A stretch of DNA of 63,446 bases, the filler included, from Octopus bimaculoides (taxonomy: Eukaryota): NCBI RefSeq assembly GCF_001194135.2. It is 4 parts of 4 records of this genome, joined end to end, with 100 filler letters (N's around TTAATTAATTAA, not from the genome) between each part and the next. Parts side by side here need not be neighbours in the genome. Positions count along the whole stretch, not along the records: positions 1 to 23,195 come from NC_068987.1; positions 23,296 to 29,078 come from NC_068988.1; 2 more parts are not named here. One strand, written 5' to 3'. Below the pieces are notes generated by a model. That model made no database searches, had not been told where the DNA came from, and was given only the letters and a program-made list of their open reading frames with translations. Positions 12,703 to 26,904 of the stretch are shown here, piece after piece; position 1 is the first letter of the stretch; each line of letters opens with the position of its first letter. The position numbers and the translations under genes are program-made.

Positions 12703-12769
12703 CAAACCACAACATATGACAATAAATTCCCCATAAACAAATAACAATATGAACAAAATACATAGATAA

Positions 12770-13125
12770 ACTAATGGAATTAGATGTATCAGTGTAAGGT
12801 TAAGAGTGATACAGATGTTAGTGTTTATGTGGTTTGTTCTTCGGATAAGATTTGTAGGAGCATTTCTTCTCACTTTAATACGTTTAGAGATAGGAGTAAA
12901 ATAGCTAGTACTAGTCTTAGTAGGTGTATTTGGGGGGTTAAAAGAACAAAATAAGAACTTTTCGTTAGAATGGTCTATTATTGGGAGGAATTTCCCATAC
13001 GATAAGGGTAGGAGGTATTGCAACTTGTGCAATCTTGAGTTGTTTTTTATTCTATTCTCAAAGCATAAACTAATTAATAAACTAACATATAATGGGTTCA
13101 GATGTGTTCACGTTCGCAAACATAC
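12770..13125 (+). pseudogene. Second, Naiad-type PLE GIY-YIG endonuclease domain, frameshifted
   Basis: MYQCKVKSDTDVSVYVVCSS...SHFNTFRDRSKIASTSLSRCIWG/(frameshift)LKEQNKNFSLEWSIIGRNFPYDKGRRYCNLCNLELFFI...LINK...RCVH. Fits the ST.LS..IW.LK / W.II / C.LC / C.H pattern of Naiad endonucleases. Confidence 0.72.
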
Positions 13126-13879
13126 TTATTTNNNNNNNNNNNNNNNNNNNNNNNNNNNNNNNNNNNNNNNNNNNNNNNNNNNNNNNNNNNNNNNNNNNNN
13201 NNNNNNNNNNNNNNNNNNNNNNNNNNNNNNNNNNNNNNNNNNNNNNNNNNNNNNNNNNNNNNNNNNNNNNNNNNNNNNNNNNNNNNNNNNNNNNNNNNNN
13301 NNNNNNNNNNNNNNNNNNNNNNNNNNNNNNNNNNNNNNNNNNNNNNNNNNNNNNNNNNNNNNNNNNNNNNNNNNNNNNNNNNNNNNNNNNNNNNNNNNNN
13401 NNNNNNNNNNNNNNNNNNNNNNNNNNNNNNNNNNNNNNNNNNNNNNNNNNNNNNNNNNNNNNNNNNNNNNNNNNNNNNNNNNNNNNNNNNNNNNNNNNNN
13501 NNNNNNNNNNNNNNNNNNNNNNNNNTTTAGCTCAGAGCTGCGGCCATGCTGATGCACCACCAATTTTATAATATATTTTAAAATGAGGTTTTTTTAACAT
13601 ATTTTTATATTTATATATATATATATATGTGGATGTATGTGTGTGTGTGTATGTATGTGTGTGTGTGTATGTATGTGTGTGTGTGTATGTATGTGTGTGT
13701 GTGCATATGTGTTTATGACTTGTGAACTTTGCTTGTTTGTGTATGCATACATATGCATGTGAGCGTGTACGTGTGTGCGCGCATGAACGTGTGTGCGTAC
13801 ATGAACGTATGTGCGCGCATGAACGTGTGTGCGTGTGTGTACGGGTGCACACGCGGATGCCTGTATGTAGGTAATAGCG

Positions 13880-14240
13880 TTCTTTTTGCTAAAACTTTAA
13901 AAATTTTGTTCGGTTTTTGTAATTGTGAAATTTTTTCGCCATGAACGGTTTCTGTTTTTAAACCGAATGTATTTCTTCTGATGTTATATTTATTCCTGAA
14001 TGATGTGTAAAGAAATTTTGATTTATTAAGTCTCTTAATGAATTCTTTATACTGAAATATATATTGAAGAAGATAAATATGTTCATTTGAATATATACGT
14101 TTTTGCGTCGTAACTCCTTTATTATTGTTAATATAACCAAAAGGATCGATTCTTGAAGAGTCTGCATACCTTCACTGTCGTATTCTTCTGCTATTTTGGT
14201 GATGATTTTTTGAGTTAGCTTACCAATTATTTTTGTTGGT
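13880..14240 (-). pseudogene. Highly decayed PLE (Naiad-like) RT fragment
   Basis: Translations such as IGKLTQKII and FIFFNIYFSI...LINQNF...ITSEEI weakly resemble Naiad RT segments (GKISK.IL; F.FDI..FY.SI). Confidence 0.35.
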
Positions 14241-14263
14241 AGTTAATTTATAATATATATATA

Positions 14264-14315
<52 letters not shown>

Positions 14316-14933
14316 TCGCTTCCTCGTTTTTGAGTATGAGATGACGATTCCGGTACGTGAAGCGATGCCTGTGCATGATGATTTTCAAAGGTGAGGATTT
14401 GCACTCAACCGATTCCCCTTTCTCAACAACGATGACAGATACTTACAAAATAAGAACCAGTCAATCTCTTTGGTTGCCATCGAGTTGCAGGTTTAGATCA
14501 CAGTTTTCCTTCTCCTAGAGTGATGTCCTAACAAGGATTATGGGTCACTCATAATTCTCATTGTCAAGGCTCTCTGCTGACTGAACCTGTTCTACCTGCC
14601 CATTTTTGAAAACGTGTTAATCCTCTGTGAAACTACTGCGTCTTCTGCGCTAAAATTGCCAGTTTGTCGATGATTGCTGCAGGCATTACCGCAGTCCATG
14701 ACAAATAGCAGGACCAAAATTGTGTACCCAGTACTGGATGATCGTTGACTTTAATGACTTCTTCCGTCCATTGGCAGGTTTTGCATTTCATCCTGCAAGT
14801 TGCCCAACCTCCCTCCTCACTAAGCAAGCTTAGCAGGTTTGCCACTGTAGCCATCGACAGTCTGACCATGTAGTAGGCTGATTGGATTACATGTTACTCG
14901 TAATGCTCAGAAATGACCTCACACACACACACG

Positions 14934-15012
<79 letters not shown>

Positions 15013-16738
15013 GCGCATTCACACACACACATGTAAATATATTCATTAACACATACCTACATGCATACATACATACATACATAAACACGTATATGTTTAT
15101 TCACACATACATACATATATATTATATCTAAATACTGCAGGTTTCCACTCCATTTACAAAATTTAGTAACAAAATATTGATTGGCCCAGGAAAAGTCAGT
15201 CACTCAAACTGTCACACAGTGGTACTGAGCCCGAAATCTAAACGAGTTCATTAGCCACAGAGCTATGTCTGGGCATAACGTTTCAACAAATTTCAATCCC
15301 ATGATTGGAGTGGAATTCTCTTCTTTGTTTTGCTTTTGAATTTATATACCTGTATAGGGATATTTAGATTATCTCGGAGTTGTTCATTTCACTATATATG
15401 AGAGACCCTTCAATATTTATAAACATGTAGGGTTTATCACCTTTTGTTTAATACACATTCACTATCTCCAGCCATTGATTAATCTTTCTGAAACTGGATG
15501 CGCCTCCATTACTCTGTTTCAATTATGGAGCGGTTCATTCTTAATTCAACTAATCGATTCTTTTCTGAAACAACACTAAAACATACAATACACACTCAGT
15601 ACGATTCAGTTAATTACCTTCTCCTAGGTTTCATAATTTAGCCAACCCAACTGATGAAGAATAGCGTACGCAACACAACCACATTGCGACCGCATCGCAA
15701 CACCATCACAACCACATTATAATCCGGTGTATCTCCAACAATGGTTAGCCTGCATCCATCTGAAACTATGAACAAAATAATCTGCAGTAACCTCATCAAG
15801 ATAACCAATTATTGCAAGGGATGTTAAGACGCTAAAGACTACATACACTCTCACCTCGTTAAAACGAGATGGGAATATGAATAAACAAAGAGTGAAAATG
15901 GTGCAATTCAAATAGAGCTATAAAATAGCACTGTTTCAAAGTAGCTTGTTAGAGTGTGTGAGAAACAGAGGGAGAGAGACACAGAGAAGGAGAGGAAGAG
16001 TGTGTGTGTGGGAAACAGAGGGGAAGGAAGTTATGGATGAAAAAAGATAGGGAGAAAGAGAAACAAAGAAAGAAGTTAGAGAAAGTCAAAGCAGAAAACA
16101 GCGGAGAAGCAAATATATTCTTAAGGGGTGCGAAGTAAAAACAAAAAATAAAAGAGCAACACACATACATATATGGACACACACACACACACACACACAT
16201 TTATATGAAGATGTGTACATATACATACGTTTCTCTCTCTCTCTCTCTCTCTCTCTCTNNNNNNNNNNNNNNNNNNNNNNNNNNNNNNNNNNNNNNNNNN
16301 NNNNNNNNNNNNNNNNNNNNNNNNNNNNNNNNNNNNNNNNNNNNNNNNNNNNNNNNNNNNNNNNNNNNNNNNNNNNNNNNNNNNNNNNNNNNNNNNNNNN
16401 NNNNNNNNNNNNNNNNNNNNNNNNNNNNNNNNNNNNNNNNNNNNNNNNNNNNNNNNNNNNNNNNNNNNNNNNNNNNNNNNNNNNNNNNNNNNNNNNNNNN
16501 NNNNNNNNNNNNNNNNNNNNNNNNNNNNNNNNNNNNNNNNNNNNNNNNNNNNNNNNNNNNNNNNNNNNNNNNNNNNNNNNNNNNNNNNNNNNNNNNNNNN
16601 NNNNNNNNNNNNNNNNNNNNNNNNNNNNNNNNNNNNNNNNNNNNNNNNNNNNNNNNNNNNNNNNNNNNNNNNNNNNNNNNNNNNNNNNNNNNNNNNNNTT
16701 TTACTTGTGATTCCTTAGAACACACACACACACACACA

Positions 16739-16827
<89 letters not shown>

Positions 16828-18520
16828 CCATTAGAATAATTATAACTTCGATTGAAGTTTATAACTAAATATGACAACTTAAACAGAAAATGAGAAAATA
16901 TAGACTCAGAAAAGGGCCGATGACGTTTAAGATTACTCTTTCTCTCCTTGTCTCTTCCTGTATATGTGTGTGTATCTATGTGTGCGAGTGACAGGGAGAA
17001 TGAGAAGGAGAGAGGGGCGGAGAGTGAGAGTGTGTGTGTGTGTAAGTGGGAGAAAAATTTGAGGGTAATAGTAAGAAATAACTGGTGTTTTGAAGACAGT
17101 AAGAGATCTTAGAGGGGCAAGTGAAAGTGAAAGATAAATGAATAAAAAATAAATAAATAAAATAAAAAAAATAGTAATAATTAAAAACCCCTTAATTGCA
17201 ATTTTCAAAACTTATTTATTCTGACTTTGTTTATTTTTCGATTACGGCTTGTTATTGTTTGCATCTCCCGTCTCCATGAAATAATTGCACTTCTTTATTT
17301 AAATTATGTAATAATCACGCGAAGAGAAAGTCAATAGAAAGTTATGTTACAACTGAAATTCTACTGATTATCTCCAGAACAATTGGAAAAGAGAGAATAC
17401 AGCATAGAAGAAAAAATTACAAGTTGAAATCATTTCTTCCCCACCGAGACATTAACGTATCAGTTATGAAAAATTAAAATTTAAAAGAAAGAGAATATGA
17501 ACTGAAGAATTAATTTTGTGTAAGATTACATCCGTCTTTCTTGGCTATGGAGTTAATTACAGGTTTAGACAACACTAATACAGCGTTTATTTATATTATT
17601 TTTCTTAGTTTGAATAAAGCATATTGATTTTAATAACAAAAGAAAAAGTCAAAACAGAACAACAATGCAAATAATCGCAACAAAGCATAACGGCGCTAAT
17701 TCCTTCGGTGCGTTGATGAAAGATGATAATAGAACATTTATAAAAAATGCTGTTTTAAGAAGTAAAAGAAATAATATAGAAAAATGTCATTTCCTGGTTA
17801 AATTGGCGTGGTGGTGAGATGTTTGAGCTGAGTTATTTTATCCGATCCTCTACGTATCCATTACATAGGCTCACTACTAAATGGATCTCTATGTGATCGT
17901 TGAACCTGTTAATTTGAGATAGATCTTCAAACCACAAGGTAATGCCATAAAAATAGAGGGAAAAATGACCTTTAGATAATGTAGTCTTACGCAATTTTTC
18001 AGTGCGATATTACTCAATGAGCAACTACTCTCGAAAAGAAAAAAAACCCGAGGTAGGATGGTCAAATCTAAAATGTCTTTCTTGACCATAGTCCTCTTAA
18101 ACCTAGGCTATCCTTGATTTAACCAGTACATGACGTCAACAACCATGCTGGCTAAGAGAACAACGACGATGACAACGTCTCTGATGATGATGGGAATAAC
18201 CACAGCAATCGCCCCCTTCGCTTGTGCCACTAGGGAGATCAACATGGGAAGTTCAGGATAGATGTATGGAACAGTTTCACATATAAGAAAGCAAGAATGA
18301 GAAAAGGGATTGAGAAAACGACGAAGAGAAGGAACCAAAGAGAGAAAGGGGAGAGAATAAACGTAGAAAGACTGAACATTTCGGATTAATGTCTAATTCT
18401 CGGTTTTCTCGATACCCTCAGGTGGTTTGGATAACTGTTTGTTGACACTTCATTTCAGTTACATAATTTATGCACCTTCACATCGACATACATTTATTTC
18501 CATTTCTTATATGATATATA

Positions 18521-19386
18521 CCAGGAGTAGTCAAAAAGTATCCGACGTTACTCCGTTTTTGCGCAAAATAATAATGTGTGAGCAAAATCCGCATGGGCAT
18601 TAGGTGGCTGCGTCCTTTCTGAGCATGCGCAAAACTTTTCGTGTCTGTAGACTGCGCCATTCGCCAGTAGTGATGCGTTGAGTACAGACGTAAAGAGTGT
18701 GCTGTGCAATTTTTCTTTTCGAGTCAAGATAACCGAGCGCATTGAGCAAAGATACTATATCAAATTTTGCCAAAAACTTGGTGAAACGCAAGCCCAGATT
18801 ATCGAGAAGATTCATAAGGCCTATGGAGATGATGCTATAGGAAAAACACAAATAAAGGAGTGATACAACCGGTTCAAAGACAGCCGCACCTCAGTGGACA
18901 GTGAACCAATTTGTGGCCAGAAAATTAACAAAGAATACTACCCGGGGTTTCTTGTCGCCTTCGTGAAACTGTATGGTGAAAACAACCCAACCTGTGCGCA
19001 ACAAAGAACTAATAAGTCCACCATGACAACACTTCCGCTCACACCCAGGTCGTCCAAGCTTTCATCGTCAAGCAAAACCCACCACTTGTTCGTCAGGCTT
19101 CTCACTCTCCAGACTTGGCTGCATGTGACATTTGGCTAAAAAAAAAAAAAACACTGAAAGGGACAATATTTCAGTCAAAAGAAAACATTAAGCAAAATTA
19201 GACGGCACAGCTCTACAACATCCCAAAAAGTAATTTCTAGAAATATTTCCAGCTGTGGCAGGAACGCTGGCAGAAGTGTGTAGATTCCCAAGGCGAATAC
19301 TTTGAAAGAGGCTAAATCAAAATGGTAAATTCCTTAATATTACTTGTTTTTTGGCCAAAGGTCGGATACTTTTTGACTACACCTCC
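18521..19386 (+). mobile_element. Mariner (irritans-like) element, internally deleted
   Basis: TA-flanked TIRs (gtagtcaaaaagtatccgac / gtcggatactttttgactac). N-terminus IEQRYYIKFCQKLG is joined directly to C-terminal remnants (INKEYY, HSPDL, WQKCVDSQGEYFE). Confidence 0.92.
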
Positions 19387-21002
19387 TACATGCTAATCTC
19401 AGTACAAAGGAAACATCGACTCAGACTGAAAGCAACAATTACAAGCAGTATGAATAGGTATTGTAGTTTGTAGAGAAAATTAGAAAATGATCCGACATCA
19501 ACAAAGATTTCTGATTTATGTCTAAGGTCATCTGTCTTGAGAAGGGAGGAAAAATCAATACCAACGATCCTATTACATGACTAGTATTTTCCATTATTCG
19601 AACCTGGAGTGATGAAAGGCATAGTCGACCTTGACAGGATTTGAACTCAGTCGTAAATATTCGGAAGAAATATCACAAGACATTTTATCCGACGCTCTAT
19701 TTAGTCTGCCAGCTCACCGCCTTCTGATATGAGAATATAACGGTTTCATATTTTGAGAAAATGGGAATAAGTCGATAACAATGACCTTCCAGTGCTTGAC
19801 TATAGTACTGTATTTTATTGATCCTGAAGTTAGATACTGAAGTATTGATGCATAAAAACTGGTCTTAGTCTAATATGCAAATATCTACAACCGCAACCAT
19901 CTCACAAGTATATAACCGGAGATAATATTAGCCCGCTAACCGATTAAACTTTATTCTTGTTGACTTTGCAAACCGATTGAACTTAATTCTTTATGATTTT
20001 GCTTACGAGGTTCTAGAAATAGTAGGGAATCTCTACTGTAAAGGACAGTGTAGAAAACATAATTGTAGAGAGTTTAATTTGTAATTTGCTCTAATTAACA
20101 TCATTCTTGATTAATTTTTCATACAGACATGCGATATTCTGTTTCTAGATACATTCGAAAGGAATCAGCGCGTTTAACAATAAATGTTTGATAGTAACCA
20201 TAAAATACATTACATAACATCAGAACTCTCTCTTTGTGATCTTATGCTCTTAACTGTAGAAGCTGCGTTCCTAATGCTTTTTTTATTTCAGTTCCGGACA
20301 GCACCGAATATGCCTCTCTTGTATGGCCCCTTTCGTGTTTGGAAGGGTGCTGTTACAGAAAAATCTTAGAACAGAGTTACTGAAGAAAACCCATTCGCCT
20401 ACACCCTCTAACCTAACTCGTCTCTTTGCATGTTCTGTCAGAGTTACCTGACACCATCTTCACCCAGACCATCTGATACAACAGTCCCTCTCCCTAAAAC
20501 ATCCTGTGTTCCCCTCCCAAGCACTACTCCAACCCAAAAAGCCTTCTAATTTTTGCTCTGAAGATAAACTGTCTATATTTCACTTGTTGCCTACATTTCC
20601 CTTTCAGTCCTTAACTTGTAGCTCTTCATTGTTATTACATTCGCTATGAGTGTAATCACTTTTCCGATGGCCTACTACTGCCTCGTATTCAGAAAAAAAT
20701 AAAGCATAGCAAATCACATCTAAATCCAGCCACAAAATATTTATCAGTTCGAATCTTCAGGGAATTACAAATTTGTCCACTGCCATTTACTTTCAAAATT
20801 TTATAAATGAATTCCCTTAACTTGATGTATTTCTATCATTATAAAGAATCTGTTACATTGATAGCAATAATTAAAACGTATACCAGTACAGTTTATTTCA
20901 GAAGCAATAACTTTAATGATATAAAGCTATATAACATATATGAGTGAATCTCCAAGAAGATCGCTATAAGTGATAGCTTGTAATATAGTTCGATAGAAAT
21001 AA

Positions 21003-21195
21003 AAAAGACAAGTTGGCAGAATCATTTATATGCCGGACAAAACTCTCAATGGCATTTTTCCCTCTTTACTTTTTGAGTTCAAATTCCTACACAGTCGACT
21101 TTGCCTTTCATCCTTTCAGAGTCGATGAAATAACTACTGATTGAGCACTGGGATCAACGTTATAGATCAGACACATTTCAGAAAATGCCAGGTAT
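21003..21195 (+). mobile_element. SINE family B, degraded
   Basis: Head and central motif. Further partial copies at ~4890, 5085, 19545(-), 29925(-), 61085(-), 61310(-) and 62527(-). Confidence 0.75.
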
Positions 21196-22457
21196 TATGC
21201 CTGTCCGAATTTTGAATAAAGAAAACAATTTATCAAATGTAATATTTAATTGAAATTTAATCATCAATGCACTTTCCCTCATTATCTATGACTTCTTTCC
21301 ATCTATTTACAAGCTTTTTAATTCCATCAATGTAAACTTGCTTTGGTCTCAAACGAAGAACTCTGAAATGCCAGTTTCGGCCTCCTCCCGGATTGCGAGA
21401 GTTATGTCCCCCAAATGATTCATTAAACTACGAAACAAATGGTAGTCTGAAGGAGGAAAATCGGGAGAATAAGGTGGATGAGGAATTTTTTCCCAACCAA
21501 GCTCTTCGATCTTCTGTGATGTGCTCTTTGCAGTGTGGGGTCACGCATTGTCTTGATGAAACATCGCTCCTTTTTGATTCACTAAAGCGGGTCTTTTTTT
21601 TTCTTCAAAGCATGTTTCAAACGCTGTAATTGCTGACAGTAGACTTGAGCACTGATTGTTGCATTAGGTAGTAACAGTTCAAAGTGAAATACTCCTTTGC
21701 AATGCCACCAGATGGAAAGAAGAACCTTTTTCCCATGAAGTTCCCTTCTCGGTTGTGTTTGATATTTTTCCCTTTTACCAAGCCACTGCTTACTTTTAAC
21801 ATTTCGATAGAAGATCCAATCTTCGTCACCAGTCACAAGTCTATCCAAAAAAGGTGAAATGAGTTCCCGAGGATGGAGAGAAGAGCAGATGTCAACTCGG
21901 GATTTGCGGTTGCTTTCAGACAATTCATGGGGCATTTATTTTCCAAGTTTAGGAACCTTTCCTAGTTGTTGATGACGATGAACAGTCGTATGGTTTGAAC
22001 TAAGCTTTATTGCCAACTCTTCAACTGATAATGCAGAATTTCCCTCAAGTAATGTCTGAAGGAGCTTATCATCAAACTCAACTGGACGTCCTGTTCGATC
22101 TTCATCTTCAAGGCTGAAATCTCCACTTCTGAATTTTGCAAACCATCTTCTGCAAGTTCCGTCATTCAAGCATTCTTTCCCATAAACTGAGTGTATCTTT
22201 CGAGTCGCTTCGGCTGTAGAGTTTCCTTTTTTGTACTCATAAAGCATTATGTGCCTCAAATGATATTTGGATACTTCCATGTTAGAAAGAGTTTTAATCA
22301 AATGAATTTTAAATTTATTATTCTGTAAAATAATATTTAATTAGTTTAAATGTACACAAATTCATTAAAATAATTTTTAATTTCATTAGACATTTTAAGA
22401 TACTATTAAATTTCATTCAATTTCAAAGAATGGATAGAACTTGTGGGATGACCTGAT
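21195..22457 (-). mobile_element. Mariner DD34D transposon, near full length, frameshifted transposase (~22280-21257)
   Basis: HLRHIMLYEYKKG, WFAKFRSGDFSLED..RTGRP, WMPHEL, VTGDE.WIFY, HGKKVLLSIWW, HQDNA, HPPYSPD. One end (tcaggtcatcccacaagttc) is followed by TA; the other is eroded. Confidence 0.95.
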
Positions 22458-23147
22458 ATATAATATTTAAAATCTACAATCTCAGTTTAACACCCTCATA
22501 AGGAAGACTTATGCCAACGTGTCGGTTATATACTGGGAAACAGTTAGATAAACATACATGAAAAATCCTCAGGATTTCTTTGTAGCATTGCAAATGATTA
22601 TAACTATTTAGTGAATAGGAGCTGCATTTGTGCGTATAACTCAGAGGTCTGGATCTGCATTTTGAAAAATAAGGCTTTCTACAATGTTGTTGTCTTCAAT
22701 TACATAATATGAAAGCTATGAAAACATCTGAAAATATATCTGACGAAATAATTAAAATATTAGATCGTAGAGAAAAAATAAAAGAAAACATAGCAATATA
22801 GAAAGCGAATATAAAGAACGCCTATTATTAGAATGAAATTATTCTTATATGAGAAAACATGCTTTTTGTTGAAGCTGTTTCTGGATATTCCATTGTTAAA
22901 TAACTAAAAAGGAAGCATAAAGTTTATTACTTGAGTACGAGTTGGCCTCGAATCAGTTTTTCTGCTTTTTATAAAAGTAATGGATATAAAGATTCGTAAG
23001 AAGAAAATAGAAAAGACTAAAGTCAGAACAGAAGACTAGATTAAACCTCGAATAGCTAGCAGGAAATAAGAGTAATACGCAATAATGAAAATATATTTTC
23101 GTTTAAATGTTTAAATGCAAGCGCCTTATCTTCTTTCTAATTACACA

Positions 23148-23195
<48 letters not shown>

Positions 23196-23295
23196 NNNNN
23201 NNNNNNNNNNNNNNNNNNNNNNNNNNNNNNNNNNNNNNNTTAATTAATTAANNNNNNNNNNNNNNNNNNNNNNNNNNNNNNNNNNNNNNNNNNNN

Positions 23296-23397
23296 TAGAT
23301 TGGAGCCTGGTGTTGCCATCTGGTATCACCAGTCCTCAGTCAAATCGTCCAACCCATGCTAACATGGAAAGCGGACGTTAAACGATGATGATGATGA

Positions 23398-23400
<3 letters not shown>
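23296..23400 (+). mobile_element. RTE LINE 3' end
   Basis: ...ggaaagcggacgttaaac(gat)n followed by (TA)n. Confidence 0.85.
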
Positions 23401-23436
<36 letters not shown>

Positions 23437-26237
23437 GATATGTACAGTTGCCATGATTGATCGCAAAATTCACAAGTTTTTTTATTCTCTCTCTGTTTAT
23501 TTCCTTGTGTTCTCTTCTGTTGAAGAGCGTAGGCTCAAAACATAAAAGACTTTCTCATTTTCCTGAGCGTCAAACTAATACACCTGCTTGTTGTTTATAC
23601 ACCTGTTTTTGTCTTTTGTTTTTCTGCAAATTTCAACTATACATGTATGTATATATATATATACACACACAAAAAAATATACACATATATGTAGGAGAAT
23701 GTATGACTTAATGTTTGTCTTCTCACCACTTGACAATTGGTATTGGGTTATTCATGTCCTTGAATTCTGCTCAGCAAAAGAGACCAACAGAATAAGTACT
23801 AGACTTAAAAAATATAAGTACTGCGATCAATTTGTTCAACTTTTAAACCCTTCAGAGTGGTGCCCCAACATGCCTGCAGTCAAATGACCAAAACTAGGGA
23901 AAGAATAAAAGAATAAGAGAATAAAAGAATGACTACAAGGCTTGGATTAATGGACACTGTATTTTCTTATTTACCAAGCCCTGCGCAAATGCTTCAGCTG
24001 TTATTCAAATTGTTTTTGATATTTAAAGAATGTAAATTCATAGTTGAATTCATGATCTATAAATTCAATAATTACATTATATTAAATTTCTATTTTTTAT
24101 TTTCTTTGTTGGTGACTAATATACAATCATGATGTACTGAAAAACTGAATGAAGAATGTATTTTTTTTAATTAAAAAAATGTTTTATTTTACAGTGTATA
24201 GTAGCAAACACAAATGACACACATAAAAGTGTTTAAGAGGTGAGCACCCACTCAGCTTTTAAACTTTTTTGCTTTTAACCTAAACTTCGAAGTGAGACTA
24301 CAAATAACAGAATAAGTTCAAACACAATTCTAGGAACTGTTACTTCAATGAGAGTGCTGTTACTATACAGCTACACAATGTACTAGCAGTAGCAGCAGAT
24401 CACATTCAAATTGCATTTTACTGGGAGCTCATGACTAGAATTATACTTCTGCTAGATCAAAGCTGACCTAGGGCTAAATGTCACCGCCACTGCTGCCCTT
24501 GCTATCACTGCCAATAACAAAGAGGCACTCAGTGTTGTGTGAAGAGAGACTTTAAGAAGTAAGTGAAATAAAAATGCTATTATACGGTAGCAGGACAGAG
24601 ATAGAGAGTATGGAAAAATCTTCAGGGGGCATGATAAAGGGTCAGAGGTACTGAATGTGGAAGATCTATGGTGGCTTAAGTGATATGAGTTGAGTATGAT
24701 CCACAAGTACGTTACCTGCTACCAAGTTGGGGTCCTGATGCCTAGGTGAAGCCCTACGTAACCCCCATTATGGAATAGCTCAGGTAATTCACAGCCATGT
24801 CACCTAGGACCCTGGTTGGTACCTGCTGATTTATCACCCTGTTAGCTAGTGTTTGGTTGAGGCCATGTTCTGTTAACAGGACCACTGTTTGTCTATGGTG
24901 GGTACTCTCTTTTAGGAACTCCAATAAGTCCTCTGTGATATATTTATGAAGCTCTCCTCTCTCTCTATCTAAAGAACAGAGTCTACAAAGTAAGTGTTAG
25001 GTGTGTGATGTCAGATGGCAATGAAATAGAGGTACAGCATATGAAAGAAATGTAGATTACAAGGGCAGAGGTATAGAAAGTGGAAGATCTGCGAAGAAGA
25101 GGGCAGCATGACAGCTATTGAAAGTGGAGTACATGGTGGTCAAGCAGAAGTATGAAATATGGAAGATTTGTGAAGTACATGGTAGTATAGCATAGATACT
25201 GAGTGTAGAAGAAAGGCAGTGTATGAGGTAGTGGGAGAAGGCAGGGAGGGGGAGTGAGGAAATTCAGTCAAGTACACAATAATAGGACAGCAGATGTCAG
25301 ATGTAAGACCCATTCATTCACATTGTTTTGAATTAATTATGAATTATTTTGTAACATCAAGATTTTTATGATGTGATTGTTTATTTTTAGAATGACATTG
25401 TAGGGTAGGTGTGAGAAGATCTGGCTGGTTTGAGCATAAAACAAGGAGAATATTTGGGCTGGATATGGTCAGTTTAAATGCAAAATTCTGTAAAGGTTGG
25501 AGAAAAACAATTATGATCTGAAGTTATTGCACATTAAATACAGAGTCAAACTGATCTGAAAAAGTGACTGAGTAATAGAGACATTGTCCTATATATGCAA
25601 GGAAGAAGACTTTGTTGTTATGGATAAGTCATGTGTATAGAGGTTGAGTGCTGGGTCAGAAAGTGACATAGTGTTCTGACAACAAATGATATCTGACAAA
25701 CCCTTATTTTACGCTATTACGACTATGAAACTGCAGAACTTTTACAATCAAACTCTGTTGACCAAATATATTTACACAAACACCACAGACATGACACAAG
25801 GTTTATTCTGTTTGTTTTCTCTTCGAAAAATATGGATAAGAGATTGGATGTGAGCACTTTCAACAAATATAAACAAGTGAAATAATGCACAGTTTATACT
25901 GTCAAGACACACATCATCATTATTTGTTGAGATTGGTTAAATTTGTGCTTCCCTCTTTCAAACCCTACCCACAACTACACACAGTCACATAAATTAATTT
26001 ATTTGGTGTTTATATTATATTATTTTAGAGTTTTCTCAAATATAAACCTAACCTTGACCATGACCCTCTAACCTTTTGCACATACATTACAAATAAAAAC
26101 AATATCAAACAAGTTAAATGATTGGAGTTGGTTTGGTTGTGGGTGGGTATATTAAAATAAACAAGAAATGATGAGCCAGAGCCAACAAGGAAGCTGCTAC
26201 AAGACTGTTCACTTTGCTAAAAATAGTAGCCAATTAG

Positions 26238-26590
26238 AGGTGCAGGCATGGCTGTTTGGTAGCTTGCTTCCCAACCACTTGGTTCTGGATTCAGTACCTG
26301 TGTGGCACCTTGGGCAAGTGTCTTCTACTATAGCCTTGGGTTAACCAAAGCCCTATGAGTGGATTTGGTAGATGGAAACTGAAAGAAGCCTATGGTACAT
26401 TGTGTGTATGTATTTGTCTTCCAATACTGCTTGATGACTCGTGTTGGTGTCTATGTCCACATAGTTTAGTGGTTCAGTAAGAGAAATCGATAGAATAAGT
26501 ACCAGGCTTTAAAAAAAGTACTGTGGTCAATTCAAAAAATTCTAGAATGGCTGAATTCAAAAGACTGAAACAAATGAAGGATAAAAGACA
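26238..26590 (+). mobile_element. SINE family A, CpG-decayed
   Basis: Aligns with 45767-46171. Confidence 0.85.
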
Positions 26591-26904
26591 GAAGATAATT
26601 TTCCTCAGACACAACCCATTGTCATCACCATTTTTTTAGCATCCACTTTTCCATGCTTGCATGGGTCAAACAAAATTTGTTGAGGCAAATTTTAAATGGT
26701 AAGTTGATTTTCCTATCGTCATCCCCCACCTGTTTCCAAATAAGGTAATATTTTCTTATGGCCAAATATGTTTTCAAGAAAGATTAAAAATGAAGAACAC
26801 TGCTATATCACACACACACACACACCAAAAGTCACAGGTAGCAAGGTATGGACTGTAGGTAGGGCGGGGGAGAGTTTTGATGCCTGTCTCTGTCAAGTAG
26901 ATGG

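Noticed and set aside
23240-23251. ttaattaattaa islands inside N runs (also 29123-29134 and 39348-39359)
   Set aside because: Identical 12-mer with stops in all six frames, embedded in gaps: an assembler or scaffolder spacer, not biology.
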